The notes below the pieces were generated by a model. That model ran no database searches, had not been told where the DNA came from, and was given only the letters and a program-made list of their open reading frames with translations. A stretch of 51,167 nucleotides of DNA from an archaeon (GTDB lineage Archaea > Iainarchaeota > Iainarchaeia > Iainarchaeales > 0-14-0-20-34-12): NCBI GenBank assembly GCA_038046645.1, contig JBBSVU010000006.1:87414-138580 (forward strand), given 5' to 3'. The number at the start of each line of letters is the position of its first letter. Position 1 is the first letter of the stretch. The translations under genes were made by a program, and so were the position numbers. Positions 1-8,967 of the stretch are shown piece by piece.

Positions 1-59
1 ATTCAAAATACCACAAATACCGCAAAGAAGGGCCTTATATGGCAAAAAGCCTTATTTAG
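1..59 (+). CDS. 3' end of a gene entering the window, possibly an Elp3-family tRNA acetyltransferase
   Basis: Frame starting at nt 3 reads SKYHKYRKEGPYMAKSLI* (TAG 57-59). GPYMxKxL resembles the archaeal Elp3 C-terminus, but only 18 codons are visible. Confidence 0.3.
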   Translation, partial: SKYHKYRKEGPYMAKSLI

Positions 60-167
60 GCAAAATAAATCCAATCCCAATATATTTATATTAGAATATA
101 GCTCCTAATTTTATTATATATAAGATAAAAGGACAAAAATAAAGAAACAAAAAAGGGGGAACGAAAA

Positions 168-512
168 ATGGCAAGTTTTGTTGCGGTTCTTGGTAAAGGC
201 CGAGGAACATGGGGGCATATCGCCCGTTTAATACAAGAGGAATCTTTTGACAATGTCCTGCTTATAAGCAATGATTTTGGCAAAGAGCATTTTGCTCCAT
301 CAAAGCAGTGTGACTGGGTTTTGATAAATGCAAGAACTGGTTTTGAAGTTCTTAAGAATACGATAAAGGAAAAGTTGCCAAATGGAGAATTAGTTATTTC
401 ATTGATTTCCGGAACAGGTAAAGAGCATACAGCATTAATGGCTGCATTGAAAGAAAATGGAAGCGCTTACAAATTCGTAATCCTTACTGGTGACGGAACT
501 AAATATTATTAA
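168..512 (+). CDS. Small hypothetical protein with CARF-like Rossmann pattern
   Basis: 114 aa ORF with a GGGGGA SD-like motif upstream. Pattern FVAVLG...FDNVLLIS...LVISLISGTGKEHTALMAA. Confidence 0.7.
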   Translation: MASFVAVLGKGRGTWGHIARLIQEESFDNVLLISNDFGKEHFAPSKQCDWVLINARTGFEVLKNTIKEKLPNGELVISLISGTGKEHTALMAALKENGSAYKFVILTGDGTKYY

Positions 513-541
513 AGCTTCAATAAAGGTATCTTTTCTAAGGC

Positions 542-565
542 TAGAATATCTATTTAGATATTCTA
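542..565. repeat. Perfect 11-bp inverted repeat (TAGAATATCTA-TT-TAGATATTCTA)
   Basis: Read directly; lies between convergent genes. Possible terminator or protein-binding site. Confidence 0.7.
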
Positions 566-585
566 CCACTTTCTATCTTAACTGT

Positions 586-766
586 GTGACGCTCCATGGG
601 CTGAAGCCCATGGCGTCATTAGTTGAAAGGGCTTCAGGCGGAAGCCCAATACAGGAAAAAATGAAGTGGGTGCGCTCCTCCGCACTCCAAAGGGTGCGGC
701 TTCCGCGCACCCATGGAGCGTCAGTGAACGAGAAATCTACGGCCTTTAGGTTGTGGAGGATGTCAC
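586..766. mobile_element. Non-autonomous IS200/IS605-family-like palindromic element (PATE/MITE-like)
   Basis: GC-rich island with four hairpins: 587-618 (CCATGGGC-TGAA-GCCCATGG), 629-647, 667-713 (core CCGCACTC-CAAA-GGGTGCGG) and 737-756. Begins GTGAC and ends GGAGGATGTCAC, resembling IS605/tnpB-type ends. No transposase is present. Confidence 0.65.
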
Positions 767-771
767 TTAGT

Positions 772-2328
772 TTATTCGTAAGTTCTTGTTTTGCAGCCCC
801 TATCCTGAAGTGATTTCTTTACCAGTAGTTTTCCATACTCTGTAGGGTAATCGCCTGTCAGGCAAGCAGTGCATAAATCATTTTTTGGCTTTCCAATTGC
901 CTTTATCAAATCATCAACTGTTTGGTAAATTAAAGAATCAGCTTTCAATTCCTTCCTTATTGTTTCAACAGTTTTTTCATCATATCCTTTTAATGGCAAA
1001 TTTTCCATTATTTTAACTATCTCCTTTTCAGGCAGCAATCGGTTAGCGATTAATTCAGCCATTGTGCTCATATCAATTCCATAAAAACAAGGGAAGAATA
1101 TTGGCGGAGCTGATACCCTGATATGCACCTCTTTTGCCTTGCCTTTTTCTTTTAAGTATTCAATCAATGTTTTGCAGGTAGTGCCTCTTACTACACTATC
1201 TTCAATCAAAAAAACCTTTTTGCCTTCAAGCACAGTCCTGTTAAGTGTAAATTTATCCTTTACCCTTTCAGCCCTATTTGAACCTTCAATAAATGTCCTT
1301 CCAACATACCTGTTTCTTATCAAGCCTTCCTTGCTCGGCAACCCTAATTCAATTGCAAATCCGTCTGCTGCTGGTTTTGCAGTATCCGGCACAGGCACAA
1401 CAACACAATCTTTGTCTAATTTTTCTGTTTCCATTTTAGCCAGTAATCTTCCTAAATTATACCTTACATCATACACAGAAACATCATCTAAAATAGATGA
1501 AACATTTGCAAAGTAAACCCATTCAAACATGCAGTGTGCCTTTCTTTTGCTTTCTGCAAATTTTTCTTTTTCAACAATTCCGTTGCTTACCTTTAATATG
1601 TATCCGGGTTCTAATGATTTAAACTCATCAATATTTAGGTTAGATAATGCAGCGCTTTCGCTTGCAGCACAAAATAATCCATCTTTTTTTCCGTAAACCA
1701 ATGGCCTAAAACCCCAAGGATCTCTTACTAATGAAATTTCCCCTTCTGCATTTATGTAAGCAAGCGAATATGCCCCATCAAATTTCTCTGCTAACCCTGA
1801 AAATACCTCACGTATCTCAACCTTTTTGTCCCCGGCCAATCCTTTGGCAATATAATGCATTATAACTTCAGTATCTGAGTTAGTTACAAGGTGATAGCCA
1901 TTATCATTTAATTCCTTCTTTAATTCAGGAAAATTTGCAATATTCCCATTGAATCCAAGGGAAAACCATTTCCATTTTCTTCCATGGCGCCTTTCAAATG
2001 GCTGGGCATTTTTAATATCCTCAACCCCGCAAGTAGCATATCTCACATGGCCTATGCCCCTTACTCCATTGCATCTTCTCATTATATTTTCATACTTTGC
2101 CTTGTGGTGTGTCCTGAATACCTTATTTACAGAACCCAATTCTTTGTAAGTATAAAGAAGTTCATCTCTATTCCCATTATATGTGGTGATGCCTGCGCTT
2201 AATTGGCCCCGGTTTTGCTGCTGCAACAATAGCTTGTGCAAATAGTATGAAGCTCCGCCAAGTGGATGATTTTTTAATGAATCAGAAATATTTGTTGCTG
2301 CAATTCCGCATTTGTGTTCGGCATCCAT
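772..2328 (-). CDS. purF: Amidophosphoribosyltransferase
   Basis: Propeptide MDAEHK|CG (Ntn Cys1), GHVRYAT, NGNIAN, PRT motif LIEDSVVRGTT, PCFYGIDM and CTAC Fe-S ligands. Confidence 0.97.
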   Translation of the reverse strand: MDAEHKCGIAATNISDSLKNHPLGGASYYLHKLLLQQQNRGQLSAGITTYNGNRDELLYTYKELGSVNKVFRTHHKAKYENIMRRCNGVRGIGHVRYATCGVEDIKNAQPFERRHGRKWKWFSLGFNGNIANFPELKKELNDNGYHLVTNSDTEVIMHYIAKGLAGDKKVEIREVFSGLAEKFDGAYSLAYINAEGEISLVRDPWGFRPLVYGKKDGLFCAASESAALSNLNIDEFKSLEPGYILKVSNGIVEKEKFAESKRKAHCMFEWVYFANVSSILDDVSVYDVRYNLGRLLAKMETEKLDKDCVVVPVPDTAKPAADGFAIELGLPSKEGLIRNRYVGRTFIEGSNRAERVKDKFTLNRTVLEGKKVFLIEDSVVRGTTCKTLIEYLKEKGKAKEVHIRVSAPPIFFPCFYGIDMSTMAELIANRLLPEKEIVKIMENLPLKGYDEKTVETIRKELKADSLIYQTVDDLIKAIGKPKNDLCTACLTGDYPTEYGKLLVKKSLQDRGCKTRTYE

Positions 2329-2419
2329 AAAAATAGCACCAGATATCTATAATGTAACTAAACCTGAAAACTTATTTAAACATACTGCTTACTTAAGCAA
2401 AATAGCATTCTGCAAAATT

Positions 2420-3457
2420 TCAATATATTTTATATCTCAGTATGGCAATTATGCCGCCAAACCCCTCAAGCTTTTTCCCGGATTCATTTTCATTGCCAAA
2501 TATATTTATTTTTGCCCTTTGTTTCTCTGCCTGATTTAGGATATTTTCTGCAAATTCCCTTTTATCTGCCAATAACGAATCCAGCAGAAGTAGCTCTTCC
2601 ACTGCGCCAGCATTTAATACATTTAGTATCTCTTTTTCACCATAAACAACCAAGCCAGAATTTTTCCCCAATTCAAGCAAAACCCTTTCCATCAATTGTG
2701 CTTCCTTTATTATTTCATTTTCCTTTATTGCTTTTTGCAATTTGTTTGATTTTAACAACTCATTCAATCCTGCCATCCCTGCATTTCCACAGGATTCAAC
2801 AAAAACCTTTTGCTTTATTTTCTTGTCCTGCAGATATTTTTGCAAATCATCTTTGGTAAATCCAGGGCCAGCAATCAAAATTGTGTTAATCCCTATTTCA
2901 GCAATCTTTTTTTCTATTTCCCCAAAGTATTTCTTCTGCCATTCATTTTCCTCAAACTGTTTTCCGCTTTTGCCTGAATTTATTATTCCTCTCCTATCAA
3001 TCCCGAATTCCTTTATCACAAAAGTTTCTGCAAAATCATCATCCAGGCAGATAACTAATAACTTTTGCGCATGTGTTGCCTTCTGCGCTTTCTGCAACCT
3101 TTCAATTTGGTACCTTTTTATAGTTTTCTTTTGTATCTTCACTATATCGCCCAATGCAATAGCTATTGAATGGTGGCTTTTCAGCTCAACATATTCCTCT
3201 GGCTTGCCGCTAATTATTATGCCCTGGATTTTTAATGATTCATTAAATTTCTCAAAGCAGGATTTTTCTACCTCTAATTCCAAGTACATTGAAATTCGTT
3301 CAGCATCCTTCCCTTCCTCGCCCTTTATCTTCCTTGTGGTTTTTGCAAATATGTGGTCTTTGCCTTCTATTACCTTTTCCAGGTGCCATAAATCATCGAG
3401 TGTTTCAGGCATTACCTCAAGAAAGCCATGGAATTCATCAATTTTTAGTATTTTCAT
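2420..3457 (-). CDS. pelA: mRNA surveillance/ribosome rescue protein Pelota (Dom34)
   Basis: PETLDDLWHL, AGPGFTK, YGEKE, LEGFGGIIAILRY. Confidence 0.95.
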   Translation of the reverse strand: MKILKIDEFHGFLEVMPETLDDLWHLEKVIEGKDHIFAKTTRKIKGEEGKDAERISMYLELEVEKSCFEKFNESLKIQGIIISGKPEEYVELKSHHSIAIALGDIVKIQKKTIKRYQIERLQKAQKATHAQKLLVICLDDDFAETFVIKEFGIDRRGIINSGKSGKQFEENEWQKKYFGEIEKKIAEIGINTILIAGPGFTKDDLQKYLQDKKIKQKVFVESCGNAGMAGLNELLKSNKLQKAIKENEIIKEAQLMERVLLELGKNSGLVVYGEKEILNVLNAGAVEELLLLDSLLADKREFAENILNQAEKQRAKINIFGNENESGKKLEGFGGIIAILRYKIY

Positions 3458-3516
3458 ACAAATCCCTTGGTGTAATCTAAATAAATATATAAAGCATTCA
3501 ATACTTTTGTAATACT

Positions 3517-5310
3517 ATGGAACCTAAACAGATAAAGATTGCTGTTATTGACTACGAGTTGTGCCAGCCAGAGAAAAGCAATTATGCCTGCATTTCTGCT
3601 TGCCCAGTAAATAGGCAGAAAAAGGATTGCATAATCAAGGATAAAGACAACGGCAGGCCGATTATTTCAGAAACCTTGTGCATAGGCTGCAAAATCTGTT
3701 CCCATGTATGCCCGTTCAAGGCGATAACAATCATAAACCTCACTGCAAAACTTGAGGAGCCAATCCACGAATATGCAAGAAATTCCTTCCGCTTGTATGG
3801 TTTGCCAAATCCAAAGAAAGGCTCGGTTGTTGGCCTGATAGGGAGAAATGGCATCGGAAAAAGCACTGCGCTTTCAATACTTTCTGGAAAAATCTTGCCA
3901 AATTTTGCAAACTTTGATGAGAAAACTACCTGTGAATTGATAATAAAGCATTTTAGGGGAAAAGAGCTTCAAGGATTTTTTGAATTATTAAGTGAAGGAA
4001 AAATAAAATCAGCATTAAAGCCGCAGGCAATTGACAAAATTCCGGAAAAAGCAAAGGGAAAAGTCCTTGATTTATTAAAAAAAGCAGATGAGAAAAAAAT
4101 GTTAAAAGACGTGTCAGAAAAATTAGATATTTCAAATATACTTGAGAATGATATTTCCCAGGTATCTGGCGGTGAATTGCAAAGGATAGCGATTGCTGCT
4201 ACCTATCTGAAGAAAGCAGATTTTTATTTTTTCGATGAACCAACAAGCTATCTTGATGTAAAGCAAAGGCTGAAGGCAGCCTATTTGATTAGGGAGCTTG
4301 CAAAGGACTCTTCCGTAATGGTTGTTGAGCATGACTTGGCTGTTTTGGATTACTTGAGTGACTATATACACATACTCTTTGGTGAGCAAGCAGCATATGG
4401 TGTTGTTTCAGATACAAGAAGCGTGAGGAACGGAATAAATGAATATCTTGATGGATTTTTGAAAACAGAAAATATACGAATCAGGGATAAATCACTTTAT
4501 TTTAATATGAATGCAGCATACAGGGCTGTTTCAAAAGACATACTTTTGGAATATCCTGAGCTTGAAAAGAAATATTCGCAGTTCAGCCTTAAGGCCGAAA
4601 GTGGAATAATAAGAAAGCAGGAAATCTTAGGAATTTTAGGACCGAATGCAACAGGGAAAACAACATTTGTGAAGATGCTTGCCGGCTTATTAAAACCAGA
4701 TAATGCAAAATCAGAATTAAAATTTAGGTTCAAGATAGCATATAAACCACAGTACCTGAAACCAGAAAAAGGGATTGCTGTGCAAGACCTTTTGTCGGAT
4801 GAAATTATTGATATGGAATTATTCAGGAATGAAATAAACAGAAGATTTAACCTTGAGCGTTTGTTTGAAAAAAAATTGGATAAATTAAGCGGGGGGGAAT
4901 TGCAAAAAGTGGCAATATCCCTTGCATTATGCAGGGATTCAAACCTGATGCTTCTAGATGAACCTTCAGCATTCATTGATATTGAGGACAGGCTGCAGGT
5001 GGCAGATGCAATCCGCTCGATTGTCGCTTCCACAAAACGGTCATGCATTGTTGTAGACCATGATATTGTATTCATGGACTATCTCGCAGACCGCTTGATT
5101 ATATTCTCAGGCAAGCCTGCTGAGCGCTGTTTTGCTTCTTCCCCCAAAGATATGAAAGAAGGCATGAATCTATTCCTAAAAGATTTAGGCATTACCTATA
5201 GGAGAGATCCCCAATCAGGCAGGCCTAGGGTAAATAAATTCGACTCAGTAAAAGACCAGGAGCAGAAGAAAAAAGGGGAATTTTATTATGTTTCAGCAGA
5301 TTCAGATTAA
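3517..5310 (+). CDS. rli1: Ribosome recycling ATPase ABCE1/Rli1
   Basis: N-terminal Fe-S domain (CIGCKICSHVCP), two ABC domains (GRNGIGKS, GPNATGKT, SGGELQ), C-terminal RRDPQSGRPRVNK. Confidence 0.97.
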   Translation: MEPKQIKIAVIDYELCQPEKSNYACISACPVNRQKKDCIIKDKDNGRPIISETLCIGCKICSHVCPFKAITIINLTAKLEEPIHEYARNSFRLYGLPNPKKGSVVGLIGRNGIGKSTALSILSGKILPNFANFDEKTTCELIIKHFRGKELQGFFELLSEGKIKSALKPQAIDKIPEKAKGKVLDLLKKADEKKMLKDVSEKLDISNILENDISQVSGGELQRIAIAATYLKKADFYFFDEPTSYLDVKQRLKAAYLIRELAKDSSVMVVEHDLAVLDYLSDYIHILFGEQAAYGVVSDTRSVRNGINEYLDGFLKTENIRIRDKSLYFNMNAAYRAVSKDILLEYPELEKKYSQFSLKAESGIIRKQEILGILGPNATGKTTFVKMLAGLLKPDNAKSELKFRFKIAYKPQYLKPEKGIAVQDLLSDEIIDMELFRNEINRRFNLERLFEKKLDKLSGGELQKVAISLALCRDSNLMLLDEPSAFIDIEDRLQVADAIRSIVASTKRSCIVVDHDIVFMDYLADRLIIFSGKPAERCFASSPKDMKEGMNLFLKDLGITYRRDPQSGRPRVNKFDSVKDQEQKKKGEFYYVSADSD

Positions 5311-5376
5311 TTTCAAAAGCAGCCTAATTTGCTTTTTGGATTAATTGAAATAAAAAATAGAAAAAAAGATGTTGGA

Positions 5377-6816
5377 TTACCAACATCTCAATATTGCATA
5401 TGTTAATTTTTCTTCGATTCCTGCTTTAACTGGAACAGTAAATTTCAAGGTCTGTGAATCTTCCTGCTCGTATGGCTGGCTGGATTCTGTTACTTTTGAA
5501 TCGCCATAGATTAACTGTTTGGCGTAAACCGTAACGTCCTTATCTTTGCTGTTCAGAATCTTTGTCTCATAATAGTTTTTCTCACAACTTTCTCCGACCT
5601 TTTCAGTTTTGGTTTCTTTTCTGTCAGCAGTTATATCAAATACAATGCCAATAGATAATTCAACCTCTTTGTCTTTCGGCGTATGTTCAATGCTGTCTTC
5701 TCCAATGAATTGAATGCTTCCTTCGCTGTCTTCCTTGTAGAATTTTATTGTCCCTGCAGGCAGAGGAACGCCAAGATTGCTTTCTTCAGAATTCTTGAAT
5801 TTTATTATTGTCTCTATTTTCTTGTCTGAATAAATCCCCAAAATATATTCCCTTGTTATTGGAATGTCTTTGCTTACTAACATGCTGAATTCCTTTTCTT
5901 CCTTATTTTTTAATGTGACCAAATTTTTCAATGAATACATATGATATTCAAACAATTGCTGTTCACTTACTCCGCTGCTAATTGCTTTTGATTCAGCCAT
6001 CATTGAATCAGCATATGCTGGATAGGAGTATGCTGAAGCTTTTTTCACATCCCCCGCAATTAATTTTACCTTTGCATTTTCATATGCTTTGCCTGAATTA
6101 TTTGCCATTGAAATCCAGCCATCTAATGTTATTGCATCTTTCTCATCAGACAATTTGCTTACATATTTTGTTTCCCAATTCAAGCCTTTTGCCAGGTATG
6201 CAACAGTGGCATTAGCAGCCCTTTCTTCATCAGACCATATCTTCATTTTTATTGTTGGTTTTGTTTTAAGGCCAGTAAGCTGCCCGAAGTTTATGTTTTC
6301 AACCTGTTCATATAATACAGAAACAATCCCGTTTGCAGTATCCAACAAAAGTGTTGTTCCATAGGACAATAATTTACCTTCAAACCCTCGCCCTTCCTTT
6401 GTTTCTACCTTTATTGTCTTTCCAAGGCTTTTCTCAAGCAATGCGCTATTATTTGCAGTATCATAGTTATAAGTAAATTCCTCGAGTGTGCTTTTTCCCT
6501 CGGCATCCTCGTACATTAAAGTATCTGATTCTATAGTGTCTGCTACATCTTCATAATCTAAAAGATTCGCACCTTGTTTCAGGCTGAATGTTTTGGTTTC
6601 TTTTACAAGGCCAAAACCCTGATTATATAAAGTCAGGTGCATATTTGGGGTTTGTGCATCTTCGAGCAATGCAATTTTTTCATCCCCCTGAAAAGCATAG
6701 TACTGTACATTGCCTTTCCCTTCTTGGGCTTGGTTGATCCCGATAAATAAAAAAATACCGGCAAAGATAATCACAATAAGCCCAATAATCAAATATTGGT
6801 TTTTTGTAAATTTCAT
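5377..6816 (-). CDS. Membrane-anchored DUF4139-like protein
   Basis: Start reassigned to ATG 6816 (MKFTKNQY + TM helix) because the longer ORF overlaps the opposite-strand gene. Motifs LTLYNQGFGLVKE, LFEYHMY, LGVPLPAG, FIGEDSIEHTP. Confidence 0.8.
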   Translation of the reverse strand: MKFTKNQYLIIGLIVIIFAGIFLFIGINQAQEGKGNVQYYAFQGDEKIALLEDAQTPNMHLTLYNQGFGLVKETKTFSLKQGANLLDYEDVADTIESDTLMYEDAEGKSTLEEFTYNYDTANNSALLEKSLGKTIKVETKEGRGFEGKLLSYGTTLLLDTANGIVSVLYEQVENINFGQLTGLKTKPTIKMKIWSDEERAANATVAYLAKGLNWETKYVSKLSDEKDAITLDGWISMANNSGKAYENAKVKLIAGDVKKASAYSYPAYADSMMAESKAISSGVSEQQLFEYHMYSLKNLVTLKNKEEKEFSMLVSKDIPITREYILGIYSDKKIETIIKFKNSEESNLGVPLPAGTIKFYKEDSEGSIQFIGEDSIEHTPKDKEVELSIGIVFDITADRKETKTEKVGESCEKNYYETKILNSKDKDVTVYAKQLIYGDSKVTESSQPYEQEDSQTLKFTVPVKAGIEEKLTYAILRCW

Positions 6817-6874
6817 AATAATCACTATGATATAAGCCCAATTCTTTATTAATTGTTTAGTGCATTTTCCGGTT

Positions 6875-7699
6875 ATGCCAAAAGAAAATATTTTCAGAAA
6901 ATTCAATGTTTCAGATTTCAAAAATGAAATTCCAAAAAAGGCCTCGTTGAAAAACCTTAGGAATGCCCTTGTTAACGCAATAGCCACCCAGACAAAAGGC
7001 AGCAACAAAGCAGCAGTTTTATTTTCCGGTGGATTAGACTCAAGCTTAGTGTCTTTGCTTGTTTCCAAAAAAATAAAAATACGGCTTTTTGTTGTTGGCA
7101 CCAAGAATAGTTCTGCTTTGCCAAGGGCTAGAAAATATTCAAATGATTTGGGCTTGGACTTGCACGAGAAAATTGTTTCAGGTGACGAAGTAAAAAAAGA
7201 ATCTAATAGAATATCAAAAATTATTGGCACTAAAAATAAATTGCAGATAAGCATAGCACTTCCAATTTATTTTGCGCTAAGCGAAATAAAGAAATCAGGC
7301 CTTAACACTGTTTTTTGCGGGCAGGGCGCAGATGAGTTATTTTTTGGCTATGATGAATTCCGCAGATTGTTGAATTCAGGCAAGGATTATCCCCAATTAG
7401 AAGATTTGCGCTGGGCAAAACTCATAAATCTCTGGAAAGATAACCTAAAAAGGGATATTTCACTCGCAGATTATTTTGGCTTGGAATTAAAGGCGCCATA
7501 TCTAGAGAAGGAATTTATGCTTCAGGCTTTAGCTTTCAATGCTAAGCAAAACATTGCATCAAAAAATGATTTTTTGAGAAAGCGCATCCTGCGAAGGCTT
7601 GCCTTGGAGCTGAACCTGCCAAAGAAAATTGCTTTAGAAAGGAAAAAAGCAGTTCAATACGATTCAGGCATTTCAAAGATTCTAAAAAACAGTTATTGA
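6875..7699 (+). CDS. Asparagine-synthase-like adenylation domain lacking the glutaminase domain
   Basis: PP-loop FSGGLDSS, GQGADELFFGY, C-terminal KKAVQYDSG. No N-terminal Cys/Ntn domain. Confidence 0.85.
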   Translation: MPKENIFRKFNVSDFKNEIPKKASLKNLRNALVNAIATQTKGSNKAAVLFSGGLDSSLVSLLVSKKIKIRLFVVGTKNSSALPRARKYSNDLGLDLHEKIVSGDEVKKESNRISKIIGTKNKLQISIALPIYFALSEIKKSGLNTVFCGQGADELFFGYDEFRRLLNSGKDYPQLEDLRWAKLINLWKDNLKRDISLADYFGLELKAPYLEKEFMLQALAFNAKQNIASKNDFLRKRILRRLALELNLPKKIALERKKAVQYDSGISKILKNSY

Positions 7700-7703
7700 T
7701 TCT

Positions 7704-8180
7704 TCATGGTTGCATCTGTTTGCTGATTTTTAGTTCTGCATTCTTGTTATATCTTATTTCCATCACAGCTTTGCTGTCTTTTTGGTATGCCTGTGTGCAA
7801 TTAACTCTCAAGTTTATTGATAAGTTGCAGGCAGGGTTATTTTCAGTTATGGTTATGTTATCAAGCATATAGGTGCAAGAAATATTTGCCCCTGAAATTT
7901 TCCCAACTAATTGGTCAAACAAAATCTTCAGCGTATTTTTCAGTTGGTTTTCGTTCCCTGCAGGGCATATGTCTGTAACAATCTTCCCGAATTCATCCGA
8001 GCTTATTCTATCTGCAGTAATATAAAAATTCTGCCAGGCTTTTTTCACCTTTATTATGTTATCCCCTAAATTTATGCTCGGGTTGTTTTTTGTTGAAGAA
8101 TATGCAGTAGTAAGAAGCAGGCTTGCCGTAAATATTGCCATCAACCCGAATACTGCAACATACATCCCAGTTTTATTCAT
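7704..8180 (-). CDS. Membrane-anchored exported protein (pilin-like cluster)
   Basis: MNKTG followed by a hydrophobic helix; 4-nt overlap with the upstream gene; paired Cys. Confidence 0.65.
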   Translation of the reverse strand: MNKTGMYVAVFGLMAIFTASLLLTTAYSSTKNNPSINLGDNIIKVKKAWQNFYITADRISSDEFGKIVTDICPAGNENQLKNTLKILFDQLVGKISGANISCTYMLDNITITENNPACNLSINLRVNCTQAYQKDSKAVMEIRYNKNAELKISKQMQP

Positions 8181-8449
8181 CCTAACCCCCCGCAGAATTC
8201 TTTTGTTTCGAGGTTTCCAGTGGAATAGCTAACATAACTGTTGCAGGCAAATTCATCTGCATTTGAAGCATAACCATTTTCGCCCAAGTAAAGTCCGACA
8301 GTTGAAGCATCCAATGAATTCATGTCAGCAAATAGTAACGTATGCTTGTCATTTACGCTGCTTGCATAAGCCAAAGTGCTAAATAAAATTAAGATGGCCG
8401 AAACAGCAACAATAGCATCAAGGCTGAACATAAACCCTTTCATTTCCAT
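8177..8449 (-). CDS. Minor pilin-like protein (class III signal peptide)
   Basis: KG|FMFSLDA followed by a hydrophobic stretch. Confidence 0.7.
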   Translation of the reverse strand: MEMKGFMFSLDAIVAVSAILILFSTLAYASSVNDKHTLLFADMNSLDASTVGLYLGENGYASNADEFACNSYVSYSTGNLETKEFCGGLG

Positions 8450-8967
8450 ACACTTACCTCTGCCAAATTTTTTTCATTTTTTAATTTGCAGTTATTTGGG
8501 TCATTGCTACAATCTGAAATATCTTTTTTTTCTAGTGCCCCTTTATGCAATAAAATAATCCTTTTTTCTGAATAAATATTCTGTGCATGAGTATCATTAT
8601 CCTTGCACGCATTCATTTGGGCCCCTTGCAGCTTAATGCGGCATTTGTAATTTGGAGGTATGCCTAATTTGCCCTTTTCAATATTCTTTAATTTGTCTGC
8701 GTCAATGCAGTTATTAAGCAGGGTTAGCCCTGTCCCATCCTCTGAAATTAAATCGCAAGAAATATCTGGCAGTGAAACAAGAAGGTTAGCTGCATTATGC
8801 CCAACTGTCTTTAGTTCATTAAAAACCTGTTCTTGCTTTAGGTTATAACTCTGAGTTTCTATTATTTGTATGGTGAGGCCTAAAACAAGCGTGGCTATTA
8901 TCAATGCAACTAATGCATCAATGCTGAATATCTGCCCCTTTTCGTGTAATTTATTTTTTAATCTCAA
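8440..8967 (-). CDS. Minor pilin-like protein (class III signal peptide)
   Basis: KG|QIFSIDA followed by a hydrophobic stretch. Probable TTG start at 8967 after a GGTGA SD (ORF track start 8979). Confidence 0.7.
   Translation of the reverse strand: MRLKNKLHEKGQIFSIDALVALIIATLVLGLTIQIIETQSYNLKQEQVFNELKTVGHNAANLLVSLPDISCDLISEDGTGLTLLNNCIDADKLKNIEKGKLGIPPNYKCRIKLQGAQMNACKDNDTHAQNIYSEKRIILLHKGALEKKDISDCSNDPNNCKLKNEKNLAEVSVWK

Noticed and set aside
490..813. 107 aa ORF spanning the GC-rich element
   Set aside because: It overlaps both flanking genes and is the translation of hairpin DNA; no transposase (HUH/Y1 or RuvC) motifs.
6817..7254. N-terminal extension of the 625 aa ORF
   Set aside because: Antisense shadow of the asparagine-synthase-like gene; the real start is most likely ATG 6816.
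8213..8226. GTTTCCAGTGGAAT, similar to an ORB core
   Set aside because: Single copy inside a coding region, with no adjacent unwinding element or cdc6.
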